A stretch of DNA of 64,000 nt from Pelagomonas calceolata (taxonomy: Eukaryota): NCBI GenBank assembly GCA_918797485.1, contig CAKKNE010000005.1:1550001-1614000 (forward strand), given 5' to 3'. This document shows positions 21,414 through 30,635 of this stretch, one piece after another. A program made the position numbers and the translations under genes. The notes beneath the pieces were generated by a model. It did no database searches. It saw nothing but the letters and a program-made list of their open reading frames with translations, and was not told where the DNA came from. How positions within the stretch are numbered: the stretch's first letter is position 1; each line of letters opens with the position of its first letter.

Positions 21414-22109
21414 TAGAGAGAGAAACCTACTAGCCCTTCCTACCCTAGATATGTATCTCCCACTCTCTAATATTTGAGTCTATACATCGAGTGTCAAAAG
21501 CACTACGGTGTAACAACAGTTCACTATAAAACACTCTCGCAGTCAGGCCTATCAGCTCTAAGCTGGTTAGCTAGGACCCTGCTACTTACATAACGCTGCG
21601 ACATACTCTTGCTAGGTTATGGGCCCACAGGGTTCTGCCTATTGACGTAGAGTGTTTTACAGTGAATGCCTAAACAAGGAAAAACACCCAAAAAGAAATC
21701 TAAAGAGAAAACACCCCAAAAGAGCGGTCGGGACCGTCCAAGCAGACTGCCTACTAGGCTAGTAGATGTTCGAGACAGCGCCTTGTAGCGCGGCGTCCGG
21801 GAGAGATATATGAGCACTGCGTGTCAACTAGCTCTAAGGCCGCCCGTGGGACCCAGCGCTGTCGACGTACAAAGAAGCCTGAGTACGCTAGTGTCTTATA
21901 GACCCGCTAGCAAGAGTATGTCGCAGCGTTATGTAAGGTAGGAGGGTCCTGGCTCACCAGCCGAGGGCTGGGCCAACCTAACTACGAGAGTGTTTTATAG
22001 CAAATTGTTGTTACACCGTAGTGTCTGAGACACTCGCTGTATAGACTCAAATTTAGAGAGTGGGAGATACATATCTAGGGTAGGAAGGGCTAAGGGGTTT
22101 CTCTCTCTA
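21414..22109. mobile_element. Foldback/MITE element with ~200-bp imperfect terminal inverted repeats and TA flanks
   Basis: 21416-21615 (GAGAGAGAAACC...CATACTCTTGCTAG) is an imperfect reverse complement of 21907-22107. TA occurs at both outer ends. A third, left-arm copy lies at 26112-26396. Confidence 0.8.
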
Positions 22110-22283
22110 CTTGCCAGCCGGCCCTACCGCAGTAAGGTTGCATAAGGTACCGCGGCGAAGGCCCAGCCCAAAAGCGCACACAGGAGCAGCCCATAAGATT
22201 CCTACCTCGCGCTCGCAGACGAGAGCGGCGAAACCACCGTTACAGCACACAGCCATTTTCGGTCTCGTTACTTAGAGAGCAGG

Positions 22284-22936
22284 ATGACAGCCCAGGAAGC
22301 GGTAAACGTGTATCGAATGGCGCGCTTTGGCAATAACGACGGCCTAAAGAAGCTTCTCTCGGTAATTTTTTTTTTCTTCGGTGCACCACGTTGATTTCCA
22401 CACAGGATCCTAGTGCGCGCGACCGTGCTGGTCTGTACGACATTAACGCTACCGACGACGCGGGCGCCACGGCGTTAATCTACGCCGCACGCGCCGGCTA
22501 CGTCGGCGTCATCAAGCAGCTTCTGGCGCACGGTGCCTCGGCGACGAAGGAGGGCTACGGCGGCCTCGCGCCCCTCCATCACGCGCTGATCCATCTTCGT
22601 GAGCCAGCGTGCCATGCGCTGCTGGAGGCCGGCGCCGACCCGAACCAGGCGGACAGCGGAGGACACACGTCGCTCCATTTCGCGGCGCAAGTCGGCGCCC
22701 TCAACGTCTTAATCACGCTGCTGGAGCGGGGGGGCGATGCCAAACAACAATCCACGAATAAGACGACGCCGCTGCATGTTGCCGCGCAGACCGGCGCGGA
22801 CGCCATCGTCCTGAGACTGCTGGAGGCCGGCGCCGACCCGAACCAGGCGGACAGCGGAGGGCACACGGCGCTGTCCATCGCAAGAAGAATGGGCTACTCG
22901 TCCATCGTCGCGCTGCTCGAGGAGCATCAGAAGTGA
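22284..22936 (+). CDS. Ankyrin-repeat protein; 2 exons, intron 22362-22405
   Basis: MTAQEAVNVYRMARFGNNDGLKKLLS is spliced (GTAATT..CACACAG) to DPSARDRAG. Ankyrin repeats GATALIYAARAG, GHTSLHFAA, TTPLHVAA. Confidence 0.88.
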
Positions 22937-23199
22937 CCACCTCCGGTGCCGCGCCGGATGGCTTCGAGGGGAAGCTAATGTAATCGTGTCGACGTTCACA
23001 AGGAAAACGACCATGTAGCCGTCGTCACAAAGGCCGGCGCGACTAGAGCCGACGTCGTCGCGCAAAAACCGACGCACATTCCTCTCTTGTCGCCTGTTTG
23101 GGCCAGAGTCAATGCCGCCCCCAGTACTAGTAGTAGTAGAAATAATTACTACGTTTGTTTCCCACGAGGCCGCCATGCAGCCATTTTTAAAACTCAGAC

Positions 23200-23322
23200 T
23201 GGCCTGTGCGATATCAACGCTACCGACGACGCAGGCGCCACGGCGTTTATACTACGCCGCGCGCGCCGGCTACGTCGGCGCCATCAAGAAGCTTCTGGCG
23301 CACGGTGCCTCGGCGACGAAGG
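23200..23322 (+). pseudogene. Frameshifted partial duplicate of the adjacent ankyrin gene
   Basis: Near-identical to ~22428-22549 (..INATDDAGATA..YAARAGYVG..LLAHGASATK) with an extra base and several substitutions. Confidence 0.8.
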
Positions 23323-23332
23323 TGCCCGTTGT

Positions 23333-23382
23333 GGCGAACCGCGTGAAGAGGAGAAGCTGTTTGGAGCATCCTGAATGAGCAC
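23333..23382 (+). ncRNA. Degenerate copy of the permuted hammerhead-like motif
   Basis: GGCGAACC...GAGGA...GCATC-CTGAATGAG-CAC. Same element order as 46734 and 61576, and shares GCTGTTTGGAGCwTCCTGAATGAGCAC with the 27.5-kb copy. GAAA is mutated and no stem III partner was found. Confidence 0.4.
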
Positions 23383-23723
23383 GTAGGCCGCCCACTCGCG
23401 GTTAAAAGACGGGCTCCCCCCAGCTCCTACCTCCCGCACGAGCTCACGAGCTCGCCGTGTGTAAACCCCCCCCCTCTCCGTGCTCCCTCCCGGGCCCCGC
23501 TAGCCTCCCCTCTTGCCCCCCTTGAATCGAGGAGGACACCAAAGACCCGGCAGCGCACCGGAATACAAAAAAAAGCCTGCTCTCAACGGCCGCACGCGCG
23601 ACACGCAAACACGGACGGCGTAGATAGCTCAACAGATTGGGGCGCCCCGCGACGAAGGAGGCGACGGACGTGCAGGCCCTCGCGGACAGCGGCAAAACCC
23701 GGACCGCCGCGATTCGGTGCCTC

Positions 23724-24596
23724 ATGAGCCGCCGCCTGGCAGGGCTGCTGGCGCGCCAGAGGTTCCCCAGATACCGAGCAGCCTTTGGGTATGGCTCCGC
23801 CGTGATCCCTCAGCGGAGCACAGCCGCCCCGGCACTGGTCGACGCCGTCCTGTGCGTCGACGACGCGCGGGCCTGGCACGCGGCGAACGTGTTACGGAAC
23901 CCGGCCCACTACTCGTGGCTGAAAACGCTGGGGCCGGCCGCGATCGCGACGGCGCAGGCTACGTATCCCGGCGTCTACTACAACGTGACGTCAGAATTGA
24001 AATATGGCGTCGTGGCGACGGCGGACCTGCATCGGGACCTCGACGCGTGGACGAGTCTGTACGTCGCGGGGCGTCTCCAGAAGCCTGTGGTGTGGGTGGC
24101 GAGCGACGCCGCCTTAAGCGCCGCCGTCACGCGCAACCTGCGGGCGGCGCTGGGCGCCGCGCTGCTGTCGTTTCGACCCGGACACTTCTTCGACGAGCGC
24201 GAGTTGTTCGCCGCCATCGCGAACCTCTCGTACGGCGGTGACGTGCGGTTCGCTCTGCGCGCCGAGGACCCGCGCAAGGTCCGGAACATCGTCGAGGGCG
24301 GCTTGGGCCGCTTCCGGACGCTCTACGGGCCGCACGTGCAAGTCGCGATCGCCGCCGGCGCGCTAGTGCGGGGCGACTTTGGATTGATGGTGCGCGACGC
24401 GGCGTGGTGCCTCGCGCACGTGCCCGAGACGCTTCGCGGCGCGGCCCGCGCCGGCCGTCTATCGGGCGCGCTGCGGAGCTTGGTCCGCTTCTCTTCTGCG
24501 GCCCAGACGCTCAAGGGCGCGCTGACGGCCGGTCCCGCGCGCGCGGTGGGGTACGCGCGGCGCAAACTCCTGAAGGGATCGGGGTACCCATCATGA
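23724..24596 (+). CDS. TAM41: Mitochondrial phosphatidate cytidylyltransferase Tam41
   Basis: AFGYGSAVIPQ, GVYYN, KYGVV...DLDAWTSLYVAGRLQKPV, LSYGGDVR, EDPRKVRNIV. Confidence 0.92.
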   Translation: MSRRLAGLLARQRFPRYRAAFGYGSAVIPQRSTAAPALVDAVLCVDDARAWHAANVLRNPAHYSWLKTLGPAAIATAQATYPGVYYNVTSELKYGVVATADLHRDLDAWTSLYVAGRLQKPVVWVASDAALSAAVTRNLRAALGAALLSFRPGHFFDERELFAAIANLSYGGDVRFALRAEDPRKVRNIVEGGLGRFRTLYGPHVQVAIAAGALVRGDFGLMVRDAAWCLAHVPETLRGAARAGRLSGALRSLVRFSSAAQTLKGALTAGPARAVGYARRKLLKGSGYPS

Positions 24597-24964
24597 TGTT
24601 AGTAGTACCAGTAGTTTCAGCAAATTAGTAAAACTTATTGCCTAAAGGCTTGGTGTTCGTTCGTCCTTTTTTTTAGGATATTCCTTCCTTGATATTTACT
24701 AGTATCACTGACATGATGATTCATTTCTTGTGTTGTGTATAAATCAATAAATAAATCAATAAATAACTTGAAATTTTTTCAACAGCGATTTCTCTTCCCG
24801 GGCGGCTAGGCCGCAGCCTGAGCCTAGCTCTAAGCAAAGCAAATAAACTTGAATAAATAACTTGAAATAACCGTGACTTGAATTCAAGTTCAATAATAGA
24901 ATCAATATGTTACAGATTTACTAAGAAACCCGAGTGAAGAAATAAATTGAAAATGAAATTATTA

Positions 24965-25110
24965 AGCACCGACCGTGACCTAAAAAGCCTGAGAAGGAAC
25001 AAGCTCCTAAGTATCTTCTTCCCGGCGAATCCCGCTCGGTCAGGAAGCCCGAGCTTCGAAAGCAATAAGGTAAGGTAAGGTGAGAATTCTCGCGATTTGT
25101 GCCCCATGAC
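24965..25110 (+). repeat. Dispersed repeat family (copies at ~24965-25110, ~31898-32050, ~53240-53335)
   Basis: Shared core GAC C(T)TAAAAA..GAACAAGCTCCTAAG..CTTCT....GTCAGGA..CCC...GAGCTTCGAAA in three copies. Confidence 0.75.
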
Positions 25111-25137
25111 AAAAGTCGCTGAAACTATATTCTGTTA

Positions 25138-25971
25138 CTACCCCGGATAGAGCGCCAGGAGCGCGCCGGCGAGCGCGCCGGCGAGCGCGGCGGCACGCGC
25201 GGTCAAAGGCGCCGCTGCGTCGCAGTCTCCGAGCCCTCGGAAGCGCGTCCACTGCTTGTTGTACTCGTGGCGCGGACACATGAAGTCGCCTAGCCGGCAG
25301 GCCCAGACGCCGCACCTGTCCAGGACGCGGCACATGATCCGGCCCGAGTTGCGCTGGCAGACCTCACCCTCGGTGCGGTACGGGCCGAGCCGCTCGTAGC
25401 CCACGATGCCCTGCCCGTCCCAGGTCCACGGCGCGCCGACGCCCCAGTGCGCGATTTCTTCCAATACGCCGCCGTGGCCGTGGCCCGGCGGCGCCGGACT
25501 CAGGTCGCGGCACGTGCACGACGACTTCGCCATCGCCTCGAGGTGTAGGCCGTCGGAGTCCCTGCACTCATCGGAGCACATGGGCCCGAAGATCGCGTAG
25601 TTGTCGACGTCGCCGTGGCGGCCCGCGCGGTCCGTCTTGAGCGCGTAGAGCGCGCGCTCGCACATCTGGGCCGCGCGCTCCATGACCTGGCCGTTGCCCA
25701 GGTAGGCCTTGCAGGCGGTCGCGGGCGGGCAGTCGGGGTACGACAGCGTCGACAAGATGCCCCAGAAGCCATCCTGCATCTTGACCCGGACCTCGCGATA
25801 GGGTCGCACCTCTTGACCCGGACCTCGCGATAAGGTCGCACCATAGAGACTGCTCAGGAAACGGTCGTCGTACCAGTTCCAGAAGGCCGTCATGTTGCAA
25901 CTGGACGATAGCGTATGGGCGTCGATGGTGGCGCGGGCCAGGAGGCACCACGACCATGAGGCGGCCCGCAT
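25138..25971 (-). CDS. Cys-rich secreted, possibly GPI-anchored protein of unknown function
   Basis: Signal-like N-terminus MRAASWSWCLLARA, many cysteines, and a hydrophobic C-terminal tail AAALAGALAGALLAL. Confidence 0.7.
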   Translation of the reverse strand: MRAASWSWCLLARATIDAHTLSSSCNMTAFWNWYDDRFLSSLYGATLSRGPGQEVRPYREVRVKMQDGFWGILSTLSYPDCPPATACKAYLGNGQVMERAAQMCERALYALKTDRAGRHGDVDNYAIFGPMCSDECRDSDGLHLEAMAKSSCTCRDLSPAPPGHGHGGVLEEIAHWGVGAPWTWDGQGIVGYERLGPYRTEGEVCQRNSGRIMCRVLDRCGVWACRLGDFMCPRHEYNKQWTRFRGLGDCDAAAPLTARAAALAGALAGALLALYPG

Positions 25972-26111
25972 AATATTTACGGTCAACCACGCGACAGCCT
26001 GGGCTTGAAAGCGGTCAGCTGCTGCGAATAAAAGAGATAAAAAGAGAGCAACAGCGGCAGGGAATATCTACCGAACCTACGGTACCAAAGGTACCGACGG
26101 ACCGTGCCGAA

Positions 26112-26396
26112 GAGAGAGAAACCTACTAGCCCTTCCTACCCTAGATATGTATCTCCCACTCTCTAAGTTTGAGTCTATACAGCGAGTGTCTTTGACGCTG
26201 CGGTGTAACAACAATTTGCTATAAAACACTCTCGTAGTTAGGTTGGCCCAGCCCTCGGCTGGTGCCAGTGAGCTAGGACTCGGACCGTGACCCTGCTACT
26301 TTAGTACATAACGCTCAGGCTGCGACTCGGACATACTCTTGCTAGGTTATGGGCCCACAAGGTCTCGCCTATTGACGTAGAGTGTTTTACAGTGAA
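26112..26396 (+). mobile_element. Partial copy (left arm) of the 21414-22109 foldback element, carrying several 6-nt insertions
   Basis: Collinear with 21416-21666 apart from substitutions and short insertions at 26263-26331. Confidence 0.8.
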
Positions 26397-26580
26397 CGAC
26401 TAGAAAAGAAAAAGACAAATCAGCCAAAAAGAAATCAACTTACGGTACTTAAATAGTGGCGCGACAATATCTGACTACCAAAATGCACATTTCAATGAAA
26501 CGAACGAAAAGGATGGAGGACAATTTTCACCCCATATTTTCCTAAGGGAAACAAGAGCTTACCCTCATGAAAAGGGGGAG

Positions 26581-26711
26581 TGCGATCATAAATAGGGCGA
26601 AATACCCCCCCCTATCCTATACCCTTCCTATACACTTACATCACCCTTCAACACGCAACGCGTAATAAACACAGTTAAAACCAAAACTACTTAGTGTATT
26701 TAAGGTAGCTC
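26581..26711 (+). repeat. Dispersed repeat (near-identical copy at 46492-46583; related ends inverted at ~55403-55485)
   Basis: GGCGAAATACCCCCCCCTATCCTATACCCTTCCTATACACTTACATCACCC..TTCAACACGCAACGCGTAATAAAC occurs twice. The AGGGCGAAATA and TTAAGGTAGCT ends recur reverse-complemented near 55.4 kb. Confidence 0.75.
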
Positions 26712-26807
26712 CGCGGCAGACTATCTCAGCCGCCGTCACGGTACTCCCAAAGGTGCGTACCCCTTTGGTCTTGCATTATTCGCAAGACGAATTGACGAAC
26801 GTCGGGT

Positions 26808-27479
26808 TTAAACTCCCTCCTGGGCCCCGACGAGCGGCGCGAGCGCCTCCTTCGTGAGGCGCCATACTTCCTCGACGTCGCCCTCGCCCCGGACGCTAAG
26901 CAGCGCGCCGCGCCGCGCATACAGATCCACGATGGGCCGCGTCGCCTCCTCGTAGACTCGTATGCGCCGCCGCGCAGTCTCTGCGTCGTCGTCGTCGCGC
27001 TCGCCGCTCGCGCCGCGCACCGCGATGCGTTGAAGGAGAACATCGTGGGGCACGTCATAAAACAACACGCCGCGCACGTCAAGTCCTTTCGTAGCGGCGT
27101 CCGCCTCCCAGCCTTCCACGTTGTCCGCGTTCCGCGGGAAGCCGTCCACCACAACTACGGGCGCGCCGCGCCTCGTCGCCTCGTCGATCGCTCGCCGCAG
27201 GAGCCGCAGCGTCACGGCGACGGGCACGATCGCGCCGCGGTCGAGGCAGTCCGCGATGACGCGGCTCTCCTCCGAGCCGCCGGCGCGCGCGGCGCGCAGC
27301 AGCTCGCCGGCCGAGACGTGCGCCCAGCCGAACTCGTGCTCCAGTCGTGCGCACTGCGTGCCCTTGCCCGCGCCGGGCCCTCCGAGGCAGAAGAGCACGC
27401 GCGCGTGCGGCGCGCCCGGTCGCAGCGCCGCGGCCGCGGTCGCGATCGCGTGCAAAAGCAGCCGCCTCGTCGTACCCAT
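26808..27479 (-). CDS. UMP-CMP kinase / adenylate kinase family protein with an N-terminal targeting peptide
   Basis: GGPGAGKGTQC P-loop, HVSAGELLR, VDGFPRN, RDDD. Confidence 0.92.
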   Translation of the reverse strand: MGTTRRLLLHAIATAAAALRPGAPHARVLFCLGGPGAGKGTQCARLEHEFGWAHVSAGELLRAARAGGSEESRVIADCLDRGAIVPVAVTLRLLRRAIDEATRRGAPVVVVDGFPRNADNVEGWEADAATKGLDVRGVLFYDVPHDVLLQRIAVRGASGERDDDDAETARRRIRVYEEATRPIVDLYARRGALLSVRGEGDVEEVWRLTKEALAPLVGAQEGV

Positions 27480-27524
27480 GGCGGCGGAGCGGTGCAGACG
27501 GACAAGAGCAGGACCCTGGAGCAC

Positions 27525-27573
27525 GGCGAAACGCCGACGAGGAGGCGCTGTTTGGAGCTTCCTGAATGAGCAC
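27525..27573 (+). ncRNA. Degenerate copy of the permuted hammerhead-like motif
   Basis: GGCGAAACGCCGACGAGGA...GCTTC-CTGAATGAG-CAC. The core has a 1-nt insertion and the upstream stem III/UH strand is not convincingly present. Confidence 0.45.
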
Positions 27574-27794
27574 TAAGGCTGTGGAGTCTAAGACAAAGTT
27601 GTTCTCTTGAGTGGCCCGGAGCCACCCTGATCGCGGGGCTACGACGACACCAAATTTGGCGAGGGCTGTGGCTTCGCTTTAGTTTAGTTTAGTAGTGGCT
27701 GACCCGAGAAGGGCCTCCCTTCCTACGCAAGACTACCAGCGACGAACCTTGGGCCTGCCCGTCGGGGCACTCGGGGGTCTCAACACACAAGCAA

Positions 27795-29753
27795 ATGTCA
27801 AAACTCCTAGCGAAACGAAAAGCCAAGGACGCCACAGCCGTCGACCGCCGCATCCTCATCCTCGACCCGGAGAAGTGCAAGCCCAACTCGGCGGCCTATG
27901 CCTTCCTCAAGCAGTACGCTGGCAAGTGTGGGAAGACGTGCATCGAAGTCGAAGGTAAATTAGTCCGCATCTCGGAGGATTTATGTGCCGCGTGTTTAAC
28001 ACGAGCGAAGCATTGTCCTGGTGGTGCCGTGAGCATCGTGAAACTCCCCACCAATCTGAGCACCGACGTCACGCACCGCTATGGCGAGAACGCGTTCGCG
28101 CTGCACGGCCTGCCGTCGCCACGGCCGGGCGCGGTCCTCGGCTTGCTGGGCACGAACGGCATCGGCAAGAGCACCGCGGTGCACATTTTGTCGGGGCGCG
28201 TGAAGCCGAACCTGGGGGTCCTCACGGCGGCCCCGCCGGCCTGGGCGGACATCATCCAATACTACCGGGGGTCGGACCTGCAGAACTACTTCACCGCCTT
28301 GTGCGAGGATCGGCTGCGCGTGGTGGTGAAGCCCCAGCTCGAGCCGTCGCTCGCGCGCAAGTTCACGGGCCGGACGGTGGGCGCGTGCCTCGAGGAGAGC
28401 GACGAGCTGGGGAAGTGCCGCGAGATCATGGAGCTGCTCGACCTCGAGGCGGTGCGCGACCGCGAGGTGCAGGCCCTCTCGGGCGGCGAGCTGCAGCGCT
28501 TCGCGATCGCGCGGTGCCTCAACGTGGCGGCGGATGTGTACCTGTTCGACGAGCCCTCTAGCTTCCTCGACGTCAAGCAGCGCGTCGCGGCGGCGCAGGC
28601 CATTCGGAGCCTCGTCGACGGCGTCGACGCGGCGGCGCGGGCCGATTCGGTCCGGGCCGCGGACGAAGCGCGGCGGCGGGCAGGCGCGACATACGTCGTG
28701 GTGGTGGAGCACGACCTGACAGTTTTAGATAATGTGAGCGACGCAGTCTGCTGCCTGTACGGCGGCCCGGGGGCGTACGGCGTCGTCACGAAGCGGCAGG
28801 CGGCCGCGGCGGGCATCAACCAGTTCCTGGCGGGCTACATCGCGGCCGAGAACATGCGATTCCGCGCCGAGGCCCTGAGCTTCCAGGTGAGCGTCGAGCG
28901 CGACGACGACGGCGCGCGCGGCGTCGAGGCAGTTCACGCGCCGCAGACGCACCGCTACCCAGCCATGAGCCGGACGCTGACGGGGGAGAACTCGTCCTTC
29001 ACGCTCGACGTCGAGGCGGGCAGCTTCCGGGACGGCGAGGTCGTGGGCCTCATGGGCGAGAACGGCTGCGGCAAGTCGACGTTCATGTCGCTGCTCGCGG
29101 GCGTCGAGAGCGACGCGCCCGCCGGCGCGTCGCTCGCGCGGCTGGGCGTGGCCTACAAGCGCCAGCACGTTGGGCCGCGGTTCCGGAAATACCGGGGCTC
29201 GGTACAGGACTTTCTCGAGGCGCATGTGCAGCACGGGCTGGGTGACCGGCTGTTCCGCCTGCTCGTGATGAAGCCGCTGGGTCTGGAACGCATCGAGGAG
29301 CTACCCGTCCGAAGCCTGTCGGGCGGCGAGGTGCAGCGGCTCGCGATCGTGGTGTGCCTGGGCACGCCGGCGGGCGTGTACCTCGTGGACGAGCCGTCGG
29401 CGGGCCTGGACGTGGAGCAGCGCATCGTCTGCGCGAAGGTGATGAAGCGCTGGGTCGTGTCGCACCTCGGCAAGACCGCTTTTATCATCGAGCACGACTT
29501 CGTGATGGCGACAGCGCTCTACGACCGCGTCGTCGTCTACCGCGGCGCGCCGGGCGTGCGCTGCACGGCGGGCGCGCCGCTGGCGCCGGCCGAGGGTTTC
29601 AACGCGTTCCTCCGCAAGCTCGACGTGACGTTCCGACGCGACGCCGAGAATTTCCGGCCGCGCATCAACAAGCGCGGCTCGGTGCTAGACCGCGAGCAGA
29701 AGCAGGCCGGCGACTATTACAACCTCGACGATGGCGGCGGGGGGGGGGCGTGA
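27795..29753 (+). CDS. ABCE1/RLI1-family ATPase with a divergent Fe-S domain
   Basis: THRYGENAFALHGLPSPRPGAVLGLLGTNGIGKST, YYRGSDLQNYF, LSGGELQRFAI, second GENGCGKST and LSGGEVQR, TFRRDAENFRPRINK. Confidence 0.93.
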   Translation: MSKLLAKRKAKDATAVDRRILILDPEKCKPNSAAYAFLKQYAGKCGKTCIEVEGKLVRISEDLCAACLTRAKHCPGGAVSIVKLPTNLSTDVTHRYGENAFALHGLPSPRPGAVLGLLGTNGIGKSTAVHILSGRVKPNLGVLTAAPPAWADIIQYYRGSDLQNYFTALCEDRLRVVVKPQLEPSLARKFTGRTVGACLEESDELGKCREIMELLDLEAVRDREVQALSGGELQRFAIARCLNVAADVYLFDEPSSFLDVKQRVAAAQAIRSLVDGVDAAARADSVRAADEARRRAGATYVVVVEHDLTVLDNVSDAVCCLYGGPGAYGVVTKRQAAAAGINQFLAGYIAAENMRFRAEALSFQVSVERDDDGARGVEAVHAPQTHRYPAMSRTLTGENSSFTLDVEAGSFRDGEVVGLMGENGCGKSTFMSLLAGVESDAPAGASLARLGVAYKRQHVGPRFRKYRGSVQDFLEAHVQHGLGDRLFRLLVMKPLGLERIEELPVRSLSGGEVQRLAIVVCLGTPAGVYLVDEPSAGLDVEQRIVCAKVMKRWVVSHLGKTAFIIEHDFVMATALYDRVVVYRGAPGVRCTAGAPLAPAEGFNAFLRKLDVTFRRDAENFRPRINKRGSVLDREQKQAGDYYNLDDGGGGGA

Positions 29754-30179
29754 CGTTATGTAATGCGATCAGAGGGTAAGCTGGTGTCTTTAGGGACTCG
29801 GCGGCACGTGCTCGCGGCACATCTCGCGGCTGCGCGTCCGAGAAGTTGCCTTTGCCACCGCAGGAGACCCGGGCCCCGCCAAACATGCCGAGGGGCCGAG
29901 ACTATTGTTGGGCTCTTGCACTGTAAACACGAGACAGGGGCTGTAATAACAAGGTATTACCACGAGCCCACGAGCCAACTACCCTTGGGTACGTGGCAAG
30001 GGTGCGCACGGCTCCCGCCCTGATGCGCATGAGATGCGTCTGGACCAAAGGGGGGGCTCAGTACCAAGCTAAATACGCCGCGCGGCGGACGACGGGGGGC
30101 AGGGGATACAATATATACGTGTCTACTGAGACTCTACTCTGCCAGAGAAGGCTATCTAGATAGCTATACGGTTTGGCCC

Positions 30180-30635
30180 TTACTTCAGGGGGATAAAGCG
30201 CGAGGAGTTCGTCGAGCCGATGCCCGGTCGCCCGTGGCGCACGGGCTTGTACGTGATCGAGAATTCGCCGAGGTAATGGCCGACCATCTCGGGCTTGACC
30301 TCGATGCCGTTGAAGACCTTGCCGTTGTAGACGCCCACGACGCTGCCGATCATCTCGGGCACGACGACCATGTCTCTCAGGTGCGTCTTCACGGGCTCGG
30401 GCTTGTCCATGGGCCCGCAGGCCTTTTTCGCCCGGCGCAATCTGGCTACGAAGCGCTTGGGCTTTGCCTTGAGCCCGCGGTAGATGCGGCGGCGCGCGCG
30501 CGCGTGGATGAGCTGGGCGAACTCCTCGTGGTTCAGGTCGAGAAGCTTCTCGAGCTCGACGCCGCGGAACAGGAACTTGCGGAAGGTGCGCTTCTTGCGG
30601 AGCGCGGCCGCGCGCTCCATCTCGGCCTCGTCCAT
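30180..30635 (-). CDS. RPS15: 40S ribosomal protein S15 (uS19)
   Basis: [62 protein letters not shown]. Confidence 0.97.
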   Translation of the reverse strand: MDEAEMERAAALRKKRTFRKFLFRGVELEKLLDLNHEEFAQLIHARARRRIYRGLKAKPKRFVARLRRAKKACGPMDKPEPVKTHLRDMVVVPEMIGSVVGVYNGKVFNGIEVKPEMVGHYLGEFSITYKPVRHGRPGIGSTNSSRFIPLK

